Shown here piece after piece: positions 11,445 to 11,798 of a DNA stretch of 11,798 bases; position 1 is the first letter of the stretch, and each line of letters starts with the position of its first letter. This DNA is from Adineta steineri (taxonomy: Eukaryota). The DNA is taken from the NCBI GenBank assembly GCA_905250045.1, contig CAJNOG010000006.1, forward strand, positions 463,242 through 475,039, read 5' to 3'. Below the pieces are notes generated by a model. It saw only the letters and a program-made list of their open reading frames with translations. It did not search any database and was not told the DNA's origin. The position numbers and the translations under genes are program-made.

Positions 11445-11798
11445 ATGAGTAAGAAAATCATTTCTTCTGAAATGGCAACGAATGATTTTGTAAATGATTT
11501 GAAAAGTTTATCATTATCTCAATCCGAAAATGTTTATATTGAAACAGTTCAACGTTTATCTCTTCGTTTAAAATCTGCTACTCCGAATGGATTACTCGAA
11601 GATAAACCATTTGCTCTTTCACTGATCGATAACTTCTATCGAATAATTCCAATATTCGAAAAGAAGTTATCAAATAAAAATGCTGAATCACATGCAACAA
11701 ATTTATTTCTCGAAACATTACAGAATGCATGCCGTGGAGTTTGTTTAACAGATTTATTTTATTCTGTTAAAGATCCATCACATTTGAAAACTATCTTT
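11445..11798 (+). CDS. 5' part of an unrecognised protein-coding gene (118 codons, runs off the window end)
   Basis: ATG 11445-11447 is immediately preceded by an in-frame TAA (11442-11444). The frame is then open for all 354 nt to the window edge, which is unlikely by chance in DNA this AT-rich. Codon choice (tta, gaa, aaa, tct, caa) matches the three neighbouring genes. Protein: MSKKIISSEMATNDFVNDLKSLSLSQSENVYIETVQRLSLRLKSATPNGLLEDKPFALSLIDNFYRIIPIFEKKLSNKNAESHATNLFLETLQNACRGVCLTDLFYSVKDPSHLKTI. It is absent from the ORF track because no stop is reached. The only family hint is a very weak resemblance of LETLQNACRG to the CLRNAC motif near the ataxin-10 N-terminus, which is unverified. Confidence 0.65.
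   Translation, partial: MSKKIISSEMATNDFVNDLKSLSLSQSENVYIETVQRLSLRLKSATPNGLLEDKPFALSLIDNFYRIIPIFEKKLSNKNAESHATNLFLETLQNACRGVCLTDLFYSVKDPSHLKTIF

Noticed and set aside
11368-11447. Three direct copies of AAAAGAATAAA (11368-11378, 11404-11414, 11435-11445), the last abutting the start codon of the fourth gene
   Set aside because: It is a pure A/T-rich 11-mer in very AT-rich DNA, and its recurrence over 80 bp is plausibly low-complexity drift. It is worth remembering only if promoter-motif analysis recovers it.
1-11798. Possibility that the window holds a prokaryotic or phage-type accessory or defence system, as the task framing suggests
   Set aside because: Every long coding signal resolves into spliced eukaryotic housekeeping genes (CHMP4, TPP2, CDK5RAP3) with consistent GT..AG mini-introns. 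There are no operon-style contiguous ORFs, RBS-like spacing, CRISPR repeats, integrases or toxin-like modules. Claiming a novel system here would be unsupported.

Overview
This window is eukaryotic nuclear DNA, not prokaryotic. It is strongly AT-rich, and its genes are split by many very short GT..AG introns, which is why the six-frame ORF track shows only fragments. Joining the fragments by hand gives four protein-coding genes, all on the + strand. (1) A complete CHMP4/Snf7/Vps32 ESCRT-III subunit (482..1261, 3 exons, 226 aa). (2) A complete tripeptidyl-peptidase II, TPP2 (2667..8321, 23 exons, 1307 aa), with the subtilase Asp/His/Asn/Ser residues intact. (3) A complete CDK5RAP3/LZAP UFMylation adaptor (8475..10603, 11 exons, 534 aa). 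(4) The 5' end of an unrecognised protein (11445..>11798). All three complete models sum to multiples of 3, end at stop codons, and are colinear with the human orthologues as I recall them. Of the 34 introns, 33 are 46-65 bp and one is 611 bp. The intron style, the TTTTCAG-type acceptors next to start codons and the AT bias suggest an AT-rich nematode-like metazoan, but this is only an inference. I see no rRNA, tRNA, CRISPR array, intact transposon or prokaryote-style defence or accessory system; these are conserved housekeeping genes. Four things deserve a second look. First, the 153-bp TPP2->CDK5RAP3 junction has a hairpin, U-tracts and an acceptor with no visible cis donor, which resembles a nematode operon junction. 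Second, a GC-rich island at 10719..10980 is built from inverted GGGTGTGGG/CCCACACCC motifs and can fold into hairpins. Third, the single 611-bp intron is a clear size outlier. Fourth, a TAGTGAT motif cluster lies upstream of TPP2. All homology statements come from memory and by-eye alignment; no searches were run.
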